Below are positions 1 to 9,662 of a stretch of 64,000 nucleotides of DNA, one piece after another. Under the pieces are notes generated by a model. That model worked only from the letters and a program-made list of their open reading frames with translations, searched no databases and was not told the DNA's origin. Each line of letters opens with the position of its first letter. The first letter of the stretch is position 1. This stretch comes from an uncultured cyanobacterium (GTDB lineage Bacteria; Cyanobacteriota; Cyanobacteriia; Cyanobacteriales; CAWCAG01): positions 960,001 through 1,024,000 of the forward strand of contig CAWCAG010000005.1 of assembly GCA_963793425.1 (NCBI GenBank), in the 5' to 3' direction. Position numbers and translations under genes: made by a program.

Positions 1-125
1 GTCCAAGTATCTACAGGCAAATAAATTATTCCTATGGTAGTAGCTGAAAGAGAAAAAATGAAAGATAGCCAGGTTTGGAAAACCCAAGCTGAACTATGAT
101 CTTGATTTTTTACTGGTTTGCTCAT
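1..125 (-). CDS. YiaA/YiaB two-helix inner membrane protein (5' part; runs off the window)
   Basis: Manual translation from ATG at 125: MSKPVKNQDHSSAWVFQTWLSFIFSLSATTIGIIYLPVDTW..., resembling cyanobacterial YiaAB proteins; not in the ORF track. Confidence 0.7.
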   Translation of the reverse strand, partial: MSKPVKNQDHSSAWVFQTWLSFIFSLSATTIGIIYLPVDTW

Positions 126-232
126 GACCCTAAAATATTGAAGAATACATCTTGATTTCAAGATTACTTAGGCTCAGATACTAAAAGACAACAGTTATGA
201 CAATTTCCCTATTGGACTAAAATTATTTGTCT

Positions 233-1363
233 CTAGCGGCTTCTTCTGTAAGGAAACCCATAAATAACTTGTGACAAATTATTAATTAGCACAGTCTTTT
301 GTTCCTCATCTCCTATGGTTTCAGCTAAAGCAACTGCTTGATTATAAAACTTGGTTGCTTCTTGGGAATTACCCAAAGCCAAATATAGCTTTGCAGATAA
401 ACTCACCGCTTCTATTTCTTGTCGTAAATCCCCTTGTTGCCGGGCTTCAGTGATCCAATCTCCTAGCAACCGGAAAGCTTCTTTGTTGTATCCTAAACCA
501 ACATAAGTCTTCGCTCTTCCAGCAGCAGAGCGAATATAGTTGTTGTCATCCCGACTATCTTTAGCCAAAACTTGGGCGATGCGATAAAGACTTAAAGCTT
601 CTCGGTATTCTTTAGCATTAAAATAGGCATCGGCAGCGTTATTAAAAGCAGTTGCTTCTGCTAAGGGATCTTCACCAAAGCTTTGCAAGCTTAAAGCTGC
701 TTCATAGAGTTTAATAGCTTCATTTTCTTCTCCTCTAGTCGCTGCTAGTAAGCCTAGATTACGTAAACTTATCGCTTCTCCCTCTTGACTATTAATGCTT
801 TTGGAGATGGTTTGAGCTTCTTGAAAAACTTTCTCTGCGGCGCTGAGGTTACCTCGATAGAGCAATACTATCCCTAGATTGTTGAGGGCATACATTTGTC
901 CTTGAAAATTAGCGCGATCGCGGGCTAAACCAAGACGGCGACGGAAAGCATCTTCTGCTTCGTTATAGCGCCCTAGAAGCCCGTAGGTGACTCCCAAATA
1001 ACCATAGGTTGAACCCATAGCTTCTTCATCACCAATTTGGCTATAGATATTTAAGGACTGATTCCAATAGTCTAAGGCTTTGTTAAGGTTGCCCTTTCGG
1101 TAAGCTTCTCCTCCTACACGAACTAAGGTATCAGCTTCATCTCTCAATATTCCTTGGGTATCATTATAGGGAGAGACATCTAATTGGTCACGCAGATTAT
1201 CTTGAGCAATAGCTACTTGAGGGAAGATTCCTAGGGAAAACACACTTTGAATTGCTATTGCTGCTATACCCACCCAGGCTAAGGTTGAGAGATTAACTTC
1301 CTTCCTTTGCTGATGAGTTCTCATCTTTGGCTTAACTGCTGACATCCTCTCAATGCTCCCCAT
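233..1363 (-). CDS. Tetratricopeptide repeat protein with N-terminal signal/TM segment
   Basis: Repeated TPR motifs (YGYLGVTY, ALNNLGIVL, SLRNLGLLA) after a hydrophobic N-terminus; real start may be downstream of the ORF-track start. Confidence 0.85.
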   Translation of the reverse strand: MGSIERMSAVKPKMRTHQQRKEVNLSTLAWVGIAAIAIQSVFSLGIFPQVAIAQDNLRDQLDVSPYNDTQGILRDEADTLVRVGGEAYRKGNLNKALDYWNQSLNIYSQIGDEEAMGSTYGYLGVTYGLLGRYNEAEDAFRRRLGLARDRANFQGQMYALNNLGIVLLYRGNLSAAEKVFQEAQTISKSINSQEGEAISLRNLGLLAATRGEENEAIKLYEAALSLQSFGEDPLAEATAFNNAADAYFNAKEYREALSLYRIAQVLAKDSRDDNNYIRSAAGRAKTYVGLGYNKEAFRLLGDWITEARQQGDLRQEIEAVSLSAKLYLALGNSQEATKFYNQAVALAETIGDEEQKTVLINNLSQVIYGFPYRRSR

Positions 1364-1374
1364 AAATGCTACGA

Positions 1375-2055
1375 TTACAAATCCAACAAAACCGCTAAAG
1401 CTTCTTGCTCATCTTGCTCTGGCTCTTGGTTCTGCTTTTGTTCTAGCTGTGCTAAATAAATAGTCTGGATATCTTCTGGCAAACCATCTTCTAGTAATTG
1501 ATAGCCTTCAATGAGGTAGTCTTGTACTTCTGCTGGGGCAACCATTTCCCCCTCAGCTTGAAGATAAGCAGCGATACGAGTTTCACTCCAGTGGAAAGTT
1601 TGAGCCATCAATACAGTCAAGCGTATGATGGGAGGGAGCAAATCTAAAGATTGTTCCAGATAACACCATAACGGAGGTGGTGTAGTTTTTAAATCATAAT
1701 TAATTGATTCAACTGGGGGCAAATTTGCTTGGTTGATGCAAACTGCTGTCATATTAATCAACCAATTTTGGAAAGAATTGACTTCAGTCTCACCATCACT
1801 CCGTAATTCTAAGCCCCGCATCTCGTGGCAAATATGCCGCCAGGTTAAGGCGAAAAGATAGTCTGCTTGCACTGGCGATCGCGCTGAATGAGAAATTAGG
1901 GTATAGACGATGGGACTATAGCGACAGAAAATAGCTGTAAAATATTTCCCTTGTTCTGAATGGTTTTGAAACAAAGTCAACAACTGCCCGTCGCTATGAT
2001 GAAACAGCGATTTAACTAGGGGATGATTAGATTCAGTAAACCTGGGTATTTGCAC
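1375..2055 (-). CDS. Conserved cyanobacterial sigma-24/ECF-like protein
   Basis: Region-2-like FTAIFCRYSPIVY...FQNWLINM and region-4-like HTH WSETRIAAYL. Confidence 0.7.
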   Translation of the reverse strand: MQIPRFTESNHPLVKSLFHHSDGQLLTLFQNHSEQGKYFTAIFCRYSPIVYTLISHSARSPVQADYLFALTWRHICHEMRGLELRSDGETEVNSFQNWLINMTAVCINQANLPPVESINYDLKTTPPPLWCYLEQSLDLLPPIIRLTVLMAQTFHWSETRIAAYLQAEGEMVAPAEVQDYLIEGYQLLEDGLPEDIQTIYLAQLEQKQNQEPEQDEQEALAVLLDL

Positions 2056-2296
2056 AGTTCTTAGAAGTTAATTTGCAAGGATTGCTGGGATTATACTTTG
2101 TATCTATATTAATCTGCCTATTTTACCTGCTAGTTCGGAAATATTCGAGTTTTTTTTGATAGATATATCGATAAGCTGATGTTGAGTGCTTAAATACTTT
2201 TGCTTTCGTTCTTAACTATTAGTTCAGTTATTTTCCGAAAATGCTAGTATAGCTATGTATGAGCATTTTCACTTCATTTAAAGTTGTCTTGAATCT

Positions 2297-2851
2297 ATGT
2301 ACTTGGGAGCCTTCTTACCTTCTCTTCCTTTAGATAGCCTTTTTTCGACCCAAGGCATCATGGTGATGCTTTTGGCTGCCTATGCTGGGGCTATGTGGCT
2401 TTTTCTAACTAGCGCTCCTAAAGTACACACTGTTATGGTATCTGATTTGGAAGTAGCGCGGCAATTTTATGAAGGTCTTTTAGATATGCCTGTGGCTGAT
2501 GTACCGCTACATTACTACTATAACTATGAGCAAACTTTAGGAACTTCTGGCATCGACCCTTTATATATGTCAACCAATGTTGGCTCTTCGGAAAGTACAA
2601 GTTTTAGCAGTGCTGAAGGGCTTTGGTATCAATTAAAAAAGAATACTCAGTTGCACGTTATCTCTGGCGCTAGTTACGGTCGCAAAAACTGCCATCGCCA
2701 TGTTTGCTTCGACCATGATTGTTTAGAACAAGTTCTCATGCGGGTACAGTCTAGGCGCTTGAAGTATAAGGTACTCCGCATGAGGCCGTTGAATTTTCTG
2801 GTTAAGGATATTGAAGAAAGAATAATTGAAATGGAAGAGGTTTCTAATTAA
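2297..2851 (+). CDS. Glyoxalase/VOC-like domain protein with N-terminal TM helix
   Basis: VHTVMVSDLEVARQFYEGLL, W..L...QLH and RHVCF VOC motifs. Confidence 0.75.
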   Translation: MYLGAFLPSLPLDSLFSTQGIMVMLLAAYAGAMWLFLTSAPKVHTVMVSDLEVARQFYEGLLDMPVADVPLHYYYNYEQTLGTSGIDPLYMSTNVGSSESTSFSSAEGLWYQLKKNTQLHVISGASYGRKNCHRHVCFDHDCLEQVLMRVQSRRLKYKVLRMRPLNFLVKDIEERIIEMEEVSN

Positions 2852-2857
2852 TTGCCT

Positions 2858-2918
2858 GTAGGGGCGGGTTTCAACTTAAATTACAATACTCAACCTTGGA
2901 GGTACATAAACCCGCCCT
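2858..2918. repeat. GTAG-type REP-like inverted repeat between convergent genes
   Basis: gtaggggcgggttt...aaacccgccct arms; same arms at 35656-35714, half copy at 24122-24134. Confidence 0.7.
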
Positions 2919-2952
2919 AATTCTTATCTTCAATTACGAAATTCGTAATCAG

Positions 2953-3762
2953 TTATCCAAATCTTCCACTCACATATTCCTGAGTAGATTGTTGTGCCGG
3001 GGATTGGAAAATGATTTCTGTGCGATCATATTCTACTAAATAGCCAACTTTATTACCTGTTTCTGTGGCTTCTGCATTATAAAAAGCGGTGAGGTCAGAT
3101 ACCCGTGAAGCTTGTTGCATATTGTGGGTAACAATCACAATAGTATATTGCTGCTTCAACTCATGAAGTAATTCTTCTACTTTTAAGGTTGAAATCGGAT
3201 CAAGGGCTGAACAGGGTTCGTCCATTAAAATTACTTCTGGCGCGATGGCGATCGCACGAGCAATACAAAGGCGCTGTTGTTGACCTCCAGACAGGGCCAA
3301 ACCACTTTCTCTTAGTTTATCTTTTACTTCTTCCCAAAGGGCCGCTCCCCTTAAAGATTGTTCGACTAATTCATCCATATCCCCCCTATAACCATTAATT
3401 CTGGCTCCAAAAGCAATATTTTCATAAATGGATTTAGGGAAAGGGTTTGGTTTTTGGAACACCATACCAATGTTACTGCGAAGTTCTACTGGGTCAACTT
3501 TCTTGTGATAAATATCCCTGCCTTTATAAGTGATTTGCCCCTTCATATTGGCGCTAGGGATTAAATCGTTCATGCGGTTAAAGCAACGCAAAATTGTACT
3601 TTTGCCGCAACCGGAAGGTCCGATAAAGGCAACAATTTTATGTTCAGGAATATCTAAAGAGACTTCCCGTACAGCTAGGTTGGAACCATAAAAAACGTTG
3701 ACATTCTTAGCCCGCAAGATTGCTTCGGTGATAGTTTCAGAAAGAGAAGATTCGGATAACAT
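2953..3762 (-). CDS. pstB: Phosphate ABC transporter ATP-binding protein
   Basis: Walker [39 protein letters not shown]-terminal YVSGRFG. Confidence 0.97.
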   Translation of the reverse strand: MLSESSLSETITEAILRAKNVNVFYGSNLAVREVSLDIPEHKIVAFIGPSGCGKSTILRCFNRMNDLIPSANMKGQITYKGRDIYHKKVDPVELRSNIGMVFQKPNPFPKSIYENIAFGARINGYRGDMDELVEQSLRGAALWEEVKDKLRESGLALSGGQQQRLCIARAIAIAPEVILMDEPCSALDPISTLKVEELLHELKQQYTIVIVTHNMQQASRVSDLTAFYNAEATETGNKVGYLVEYDRTEIIFQSPAQQSTQEYVSGRFG

Positions 3763-3804
3763 AAGAGAATGGTTGAGAAATAAATTTGTAGTAATTAGAA
3801 GAAT

Positions 3805-4722
3805 TTAGCGACCCTGGTTTTGAAACTTATTGCGAAGAATAATTGCTGTGGCATTCATAGTTACCAAAACAATCATCAACACAATAATTGCTGCTGCTGC
3901 TTTGTCATGAAATAAGTCTTTAGGATCATCAATCCACCTATAAATAAGTACTGGTAAGGCCGTAAAACGACTTTGGAGATTATCTGGTGTAAAGGCGATA
4001 TAACCCGCAGCCCCAATCACGATTAAAGGTGCAGCTTCGCCGATGGCGCGGGAAAGGGCGAGAATAGTTCCGGTGAGAATACCAGGTAAAGCGACAGGAA
4101 AGACGTGGGATCTAATTGTTTGCCAAAGAGTTGCCCCTAATGCTAGCCCAGCTAAACGAGTGCTATCAGGAACTGATCTTAAGGCTTCGCGAGTAGAAAC
4201 AATAATAATTGGTAAAATCAGCAAGGACATAGTTAAAGCCCCTGAGATAATTGAATTGCCTCCTGTCAAAGGTCTTAGGAGGTTAACAAATATGCCTAGT
4301 CCTAGTAGTCCATAAATTATCGCTGGAACCCCGGCGAGGTTAGAAATGTTAATTTCCACTACCTTAGCTAAAAAGCTATCCGCAGCAAACTCTTCTAAAT
4401 AGATACCTGTTCCCACGCCAAGGGGAAAAGAAATTAAAGCCGTTAGCCCTAAAAGCCAAATACTACCAACTAAAGCTTGAAAAATACCCGCCCTGGTTGG
4501 TCTAGGGGAGATATCACTAACGATGAAAGACCAATTTACTTGGGCAACACCATCAATGAGAACATCTGCTAGTAATACTACCAAGATTAGCAAAGCTACA
4601 AAAGTAGCTGTCCAAGTTAAAGCAGCAAATAGTTTGTCGAGTTGGTAGCGTTTTTGCCTTTTGCTATCAAATAGATTTGCTGATTCTCTAGAGGATAGGG
4701 GTTGAGAATTTTGTGCAGTCAT
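3805..4722 (-). CDS. pstA: Phosphate ABC transporter permease PstA
   Basis: NLAGVPAIIYGLLG and LSRAIGEAAPL motifs; operon position. Confidence 0.95.
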   Translation of the reverse strand: MTAQNSQPLSSRESANLFDSKRQKRYQLDKLFAALTWTATFVALLILVVLLADVLIDGVAQVNWSFIVSDISPRPTRAGIFQALVGSIWLLGLTALISFPLGVGTGIYLEEFAADSFLAKVVEINISNLAGVPAIIYGLLGLGIFVNLLRPLTGGNSIISGALTMSLLILPIIIVSTREALRSVPDSTRLAGLALGATLWQTIRSHVFPVALPGILTGTILALSRAIGEAAPLIVIGAAGYIAFTPDNLQSRFTALPVLIYRWIDDPKDLFHDKAAAAIIVLMIVLVTMNATAIILRNKFQNQGR

Positions 4723-4773
4723 GGATTTTTATGACATCTGAATAAAGTTGTAACAGAGATACTTTTAACTTGT

Positions 4774-5706
4774 TTAGTCATATTTCTCGCGGAAGCGACG
4801 TACAAACCAGAAGCTAAACACATTTAGAGCTAAAGTCATTAAAAATAGAGTCATCCCCACAGCGAAGAGGGTTTTAAATTTGAGGGAACCGGCGGGGGCT
4901 TCTCCGGTCGTTACTGCCACAATGAAGGCTGTCATGGTTTGCACTTGGGTGAGGGGATTGAAACCAATGCTAGGCTGTTGTCCGGCTGCTAAGGTGACGA
5001 TCATGGTTTCCCCTACAGCCCTGGAGATAGCTAAAATTGCCGAAGCTACAATACCCGATAATGCTGCGGGTAAAACAACACTAGTGATGGTTTCTCGTTT
5101 AGTAGCCCCCAAAGCATAGGAACCCTGTCGCAAACTTGTAGGGACTGAGTAAATAGCATCTTCGCTTAAAGAAGCTACCAAAGGAGTGATGGCAACACCT
5201 AAAACTAGCCCTGCACTTAAGGCGTTGAAAATTTCTAGCCCCGGTACAAAGCTTCTCAGGAATGGAGTTACAAACAAAAGGGCAAAATAACCAAAGACGA
5301 CGCTAGGGACACCGGCTAGGAGTTCTAGGGCTGGTTTTAACCACTTTCTTACTTGAGGGCTGGCATATTCACTTAAACAAATTGCTGCTAATAAACCCAA
5401 AGGTAAAGCAACCATAATGGCAATGGTGGAAGTAAGGACAGTACCGCTAATCAGGGCAAAGATACCAAAGCTATCATCAGGTCGCCATTCTGAGTCGGTA
5501 AGAAAGTTCCAAAGGGAAACTTCTTTGAAAAATTCAATAGTTTCAAAAATCAGGGTAAAAACAATACCCACTGTGGTGAGTATTGACACTAAAGCAAAGC
5601 TAGCAAAAAGTATTTTAACCGCTAGTTCTACTTGTTGGCTCTTTTTGCGGTTTGGTTGCCAGAGATTTTCTTGATTATTGCGAGAATCTGTTAAATCGCT
5701 TGTCAT
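4774..5706 (-). CDS. pstC: Phosphate ABC transporter permease PstC
   Basis: ELLAGVPSVVFG, SRAVGETM motifs; operon position. Confidence 0.95.
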   Translation of the reverse strand: MTSDLTDSRNNQENLWQPNRKKSQQVELAVKILFASFALVSILTTVGIVFTLIFETIEFFKEVSLWNFLTDSEWRPDDSFGIFALISGTVLTSTIAIMVALPLGLLAAICLSEYASPQVRKWLKPALELLAGVPSVVFGYFALLFVTPFLRSFVPGLEIFNALSAGLVLGVAITPLVASLSEDAIYSVPTSLRQGSYALGATKRETITSVVLPAALSGIVASAILAISRAVGETMIVTLAAGQQPSIGFNPLTQVQTMTAFIVAVTTGEAPAGSLKFKTLFAVGMTLFLMTLALNVFSFWFVRRFREKYD

Positions 5707-5777
5707 TGGTTATGGGTCAAATTGATTATTGATGCGAAAATACACCCTTAAATATTTCTTTTAATGCTGTCATAAGC

Positions 5778-5822
5778 AAGAAACTGTAGAGACTACTTAT
5801 GAGTTTATCCCTACAGTTTCTT
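5778..5822. repeat. Inverted repeat between pstS and pstC (REP-like or mRNA-stabilising hairpin)
   Basis: Perfect 12-bp arms aagaaactgtag / ctacagtttctt. Confidence 0.6.
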
Positions 5823-5873
5823 TACATACTAGCCCTAAATAAATTGTTAATATCCCAAAGCTATCAGATAAAT

Positions 5874-6917
5874 TTATAGCTTATCAATCAGCTTTTGCCC
5901 TAAAGAAGAACCTCCTTCAAACATAGCCCCAGTAGTGGCAGAGTCTAGACGAGCCTTAGCTTTTTCAAGAATATCATCAGGTAAAGCTACATAGCCAACT
6001 TCTTCTACTAAGGTTGGGTTGGCAAGATGATATTCAGCGAAAGCTTTGACTTCTGGCTTGCTTTCTAAAGATTCTTTTTTGAGGTAGATGAATAAAGGAC
6101 GGGCTAAGGGATTATAAGTACCATCAGCAATGGCTTCTGCACTAGGGGCAACACACTCACCCTCAGCATTTTCAATTTCTACGGCTTTGAGGCTATCTTG
6201 ATTTTCCTCAAAGTAAGCATAACCGAAGTAACCTAAAGCACCTTTTCCGGCGGAAACACCTTGAACAATGACGTTATCTTTTTCGCCAACATTGCTGTAG
6301 TCTTTGCGACTTCCTTCTTCATCAGTAACAGCTTCGTTGAAGTAGTCGAAAGTACCAGAGTCTTCCCCAGGGCCATATAACTTAAGCTCTTCGTCTGGAA
6401 ATTCACCGTTAACTTGGTTCCAGTTTGTGACTGTATCTTCAGCAGGCGTAGCCCACATTTTATTTAATTCTTCAGTAGTTAAGCACTCTGCCCAATCGTT
6501 TTCTGGGTTAACAACTACGGTAAGACCATCAAAAGCAACGGGAATTTCGACAAATTCAACTCCGTTTTCTTCGCAGGCGGCGATTTCCTCTTCTTTAATG
6601 GGGCGGGAAGCATTGGAGATATCTGTATCACCACTACAGAATTTCTCAAAACCTCCTCCAGTACCAGATGAAGCAACGACGACATTTACATCAGCGTTAT
6701 CTCCTTGGAAATCTTCAGCCATAATTTCAGAGATAGGTAATACGGTGCTAGAACCATCAGCCGCGATTTCTCCGCTTAATCCGGCTTCACCACCAGCAGT
6801 TTCACCACCATCTTCTGTCGATGCTTCATCTCCACCAGTACAGGCAGTCATTGTGAGGGCAAGAATCCCTACAAAAAAGAGTATGGATTGACGTTTCATT
6901 TGTATTCTAATAGTCAT
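5874..6917 (-). CDS. pstS: Phosphate ABC transporter substrate-binding lipoprotein
   Basis: Lipobox MTAC, DGSSTV, SGTGGGF, DSGTFDYF, YNPLARPLFIY. Confidence 0.95.
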   Translation of the reverse strand: MTIRIQMKRQSILFFVGILALTMTACTGGDEASTEDGGETAGGEAGLSGEIAADGSSTVLPISEIMAEDFQGDNADVNVVVASSGTGGGFEKFCSGDTDISNASRPIKEEEIAACEENGVEFVEIPVAFDGLTVVVNPENDWAECLTTEELNKMWATPAEDTVTNWNQVNGEFPDEELKLYGPGEDSGTFDYFNEAVTDEEGSRKDYSNVGEKDNVIVQGVSAGKGALGYFGYAYFEENQDSLKAVEIENAEGECVAPSAEAIADGTYNPLARPLFIYLKKESLESKPEVKAFAEYHLANPTLVEEVGYVALPDDILEKAKARLDSATTGAMFEGGSSLGQKLIDKL

Positions 6918-7039
6918 AAAAAAGTGTCTCTTTAGTCAGTCATCAAGGTCATTTGAGATGGAGCGAACATTCTGTTTTGCACACCTGCAACAATAGTGAG
7001 TAAGCACACTATTAGTATTTCAAATTTCACCTACCTGTC

Positions 7040-7058
7040 AAGTTAAATTTTGGTTAAG
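7040..7058 (-). promoter_or_regulatory. Proximal Pho box pair (SphR site) upstream of pstS
   Basis: Minus strand CTTAACCA-aaa-TTTAACTT matches PyTTAAPyPy(T/A) at 11-bp period; TTGACA at 7036-7041 (minus). Confidence 0.7.
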
Positions 7059-7284
7059 AAAGCACTGAAAAAACTATTAATAATTAAAACCTATGGTTTG
7101 TTCTAAAAACTCCCATTTGATTTGTGTAAACAACCTATTTGTGAAGGGATTTTTGAACTATTCAAATTGAGTTTAGTGCCAGAAAAGTTTTACTGTCTTT
7201 ATTTATCTTTATAGGTACAATGCAAGTGATACAAAGTTCCTCGAACTGACCTTGCTTTAATTGTATTGTTAGTAATTCAGACTC

Positions 7285-7325
7285 AGGTTATGTTGGGGTA
7301 AATTAAAGGTTAAATATTGGTTAAT
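7285..7325 (-). promoter_or_regulatory. Distal array of four Pho-box-like repeats
   Basis: Minus strand ATTAACCA-ata-TTTAACCT-tta-ATTTACCC-caa-CATAACCT, followed by TACAAT (-10-like) at 7260-7265. Confidence 0.7.
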
Positions 7326-7354
7326 CGACAAATTAGTCACTGTATTCGGGAAAA

Positions 7355-8713
7355 TTAAGCTGTTTGGCTGGTGACAGGAAGTAAAATTTCAAACTCTGTA
7401 CCAACGTTGATCTGGGATCGCATATTTAATTTTCCTCCATGGGTTTCGGTTACAATTTGATTGCTGATGGCGAGTCCTAGTCCTGTACCCCTACCGACAG
7501 GTTTAGTAGTAAAGAAAGTTTCAAAAATGCTCTCTTGAATTTCTAGAGGGATACCTGCACCATTATCAGTGATGGTAATTGCTATCCATCGAGAATCTTT
7601 ATCTAATTCTAGGTTGGTGGTGATAATAGTGATTTGAGGTTGCCAGTCTTCATCTTTTGAATTACGATTTTCTTTCACTTCTAATAATGTGTCGATACCA
7701 TTAGCAATGATATTCATAAAGACCTGTCCTAACTTAGCAGAATAACCAACTATTTGTGGTAGTTCACCGTAATTTTTAGTAACAGTAATATCGTACTTAA
7801 GGCTATGATTTAAAATCAACAAAGTACTTTCTAAGCATTCGTGAATATCTACTAATTGTTTTTTCTTATCTTCAAGACGAGAAAAGTTACGTAAGCTGGT
7901 GACAATTTCTGTTAATTTCTTGGCTCCAACTTGCATACTCATCAGCATTTTGGGCAAATCTTCGAGAATAAAATCCAACTCTATATCTTCTTCTAATTCT
8001 TTAATATTAGTGGTCTTCTCTGGAAAAGTTTGTTGATATTCCCCTAGCAAGTTGAGTATATCTTGGCAATAAGTAGATAAATATTCTAAATTACCGTTAA
8101 CACTATTAACCGGATTTTTGATTTCGTGGGCTACCCCTGCAACCATACGCCCTAAGCTAGCCATCTTTTCTGTTTGTACTAAATGGGCTTGGGTTTTTTC
8201 TTCTAATAGTTGTGTTGTCAATTTATGAATTTTAGACTGAGCTACTAACAATTGATGTATATCAAGTAAGCGATAAACCTTGCTTTCTAGTTCTACAATA
8301 ATTGGTTCAGATAGTAATTTTCCGGGGCGCTGAAGAGACTTTTCTGCTGCTTCTACGATTAAAGTATCAGCACTGAGAATAATCATTTCAGTATTAATGA
8401 AATCATACAAAGATTTCAAAGGTCGCTTGAGAAATAATTCTAATCCATAGGGTCTACTCATACGCTCTAAAAAGCGTCGCCGAGAAATCATTCCCACCAA
8501 TTTACTATTCTCAGTTAGAATGACTCCTGGTATTAAGGGGGAACTCTCAAATTTATTAGTAACTTCTTTACTTATATGAGATATTTCAACTTGAAAATCA
8601 TAAAGAGATAACTCAATTAGGGTAGAATTTAACTCAAGAACTGGTACTCCAGAGTTAGAAAAAGCTGGCAAATTCAACTTTTGCTCCTCAACCTGTATCA
8701 TCATAGTGTTCAT
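7355..8713 (-). CDS. Sensor histidine kinase with N-terminal CBS-like region
   Basis: H-box VAHEIKNP, N-box QVFMNIIAN, DNGAGI, FFTTKPVGRGTGLGL; N-terminal PGVIL...LVGMISRRRF is CBS-like. Confidence 0.88.
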   Translation of the reverse strand: MNTMMIQVEEQKLNLPAFSNSGVPVLELNSTLIELSLYDFQVEISHISKEVTNKFESSPLIPGVILTENSKLVGMISRRRFLERMSRPYGLELFLKRPLKSLYDFINTEMIILSADTLIVEAAEKSLQRPGKLLSEPIIVELESKVYRLLDIHQLLVAQSKIHKLTTQLLEEKTQAHLVQTEKMASLGRMVAGVAHEIKNPVNSVNGNLEYLSTYCQDILNLLGEYQQTFPEKTTNIKELEEDIELDFILEDLPKMLMSMQVGAKKLTEIVTSLRNFSRLEDKKKQLVDIHECLESTLLILNHSLKYDITVTKNYGELPQIVGYSAKLGQVFMNIIANGIDTLLEVKENRNSKDEDWQPQITIITTNLELDKDSRWIAITITDNGAGIPLEIQESIFETFFTTKPVGRGTGLGLAISNQIVTETHGGKLNMRSQINVGTEFEILLPVTSQTA

Positions 8714-8917
8714 TATAAATTTTACGCTTTAAAATAGAAGTATTGGCCATATTTTAGCCTTATTTCTACTTAAATAGCAGGAGAATTTTGAGTAGAGAAA
8801 AACTTTCTATGTAGTTAATTAAAAGCCAATTCTTTCTTAATCAGATATTAATATTTTAGACAAGTTTTTAGCTGTTAATAAGCTGTTAATCACTTAGATT
8901 GGTTTATGAGGCAGGGG

Positions 8918-8997
8918 TTCGCGTAGCGTTGCCGTTAGGCTACAGGGAACAGGGAACAGGGTTGGCGTAAGCCTTACCGTTAGGCTACGGGGAACAG
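8918..8997. repeat. Two 24-nt double-hairpin small dispersed repeats inside a GGGAACA STRR tract
   Basis: ttcgcgtagcgttgccgttaggct (8918-8941) and tggcgtaagccttaccgttaggct (8963-8986) flanked by gggaaca units. Confidence 0.75.
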
Positions 8998-9048
8998 AAA
9001 AAGAATAGGGAAGATTATATTGTGTAGAAACACTAGTAAATCTGTTCG

Positions 9049-9092
9049 TCACTATGACAAAATGTCGTATAATTTCACTATGACGTGATGTC
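9049..9092 (+). promoter_or_regulatory. petE promoter: TATAAT flanked by two GAC-N5-GTC palindromes (putative PetR operators)
   Basis: GACAAAATGTC 9056-9066, TATAAT 9068-9073, GACGTGATGTC 9082-9092. Confidence 0.6.
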
Positions 9093-9147
9093 ATATAGCT
9101 TTACGTTAGTGACAAAATTCTACAAAAAAAAATTCAAGAGGTTAATC

Positions 9148-9552
9148 ATGAAAATGGCCAAACGATTGGTTGTCATAGTATCCGCATTTTTACTAGTCGC
9201 TGCCAGCTTCGTTTTTTCAGCTAACCCAGCTTTCGCAGAAACCTATACAGTGAAAATGGGTGCTGACAGTGGGAACCCCCTTCAGTTTGTTCCTAGCACA
9301 GTTACGGTTAAACCAGGAGACACTGTTAAGTTTGTCATGAATAAGCTTGCTCCTCACAACGCTGTTTTTGATGCTAGCGGCGTACCTGGCGATAGCGGTT
9401 TAGCTAGCAAGCTTTCTCACAAGGAACTATTATTTGGTCCTGGACAATCCTACTCAACTACTATTCCTTCTGATGCAGCTTCTGGAGAATACGCTTACTA
9501 TTGCGAACCCCATCGTGGTGCAGGTATGGCAGGCAAAATTATTGTTAAATAG
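9148..9552 (+). CDS. petE: Plastocyanin precursor
   Basis: Signal peptide ending [21 protein letters not shown] type-1 copper ligands; start moved to ATG 9148 behind GAGG. Confidence 0.97.
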   Translation: MKMAKRLVVIVSAFLLVAASFVFSANPAFAETYTVKMGADSGNPLQFVPSTVTVKPGDTVKFVMNKLAPHNAVFDASGVPGDSGLASKLSHKELLFGPGQSYSTTIPSDAASGEYAYYCEPHRGAGMAGKIIVK

Positions 9553-9581
9553 TTTTTGGTGAAAATTAAATAGTTTCCTAA

Positions 9582-9630
9582 AAGCGGCAGAAACTTTTTG
9601 AGATTTTGCCGCTTGTCTTTTTATCTTTTT
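9582..9630 (+). terminator. Probable intrinsic terminator after petE
   Basis: aagcggcagaa...ttttgccgctt hairpin followed by T-rich tract. Confidence 0.55.
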
Positions 9631-9662
9631 TTTATTATAAAGTTTTGATAACTTACTAAGAG

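Noticed and set aside
8894..9094. 66-aa minus-strand ORF
   Set aside because: It is a translation of STRR/SDR repeats and the petE promoter (PVPCSL-type repeat peptide)
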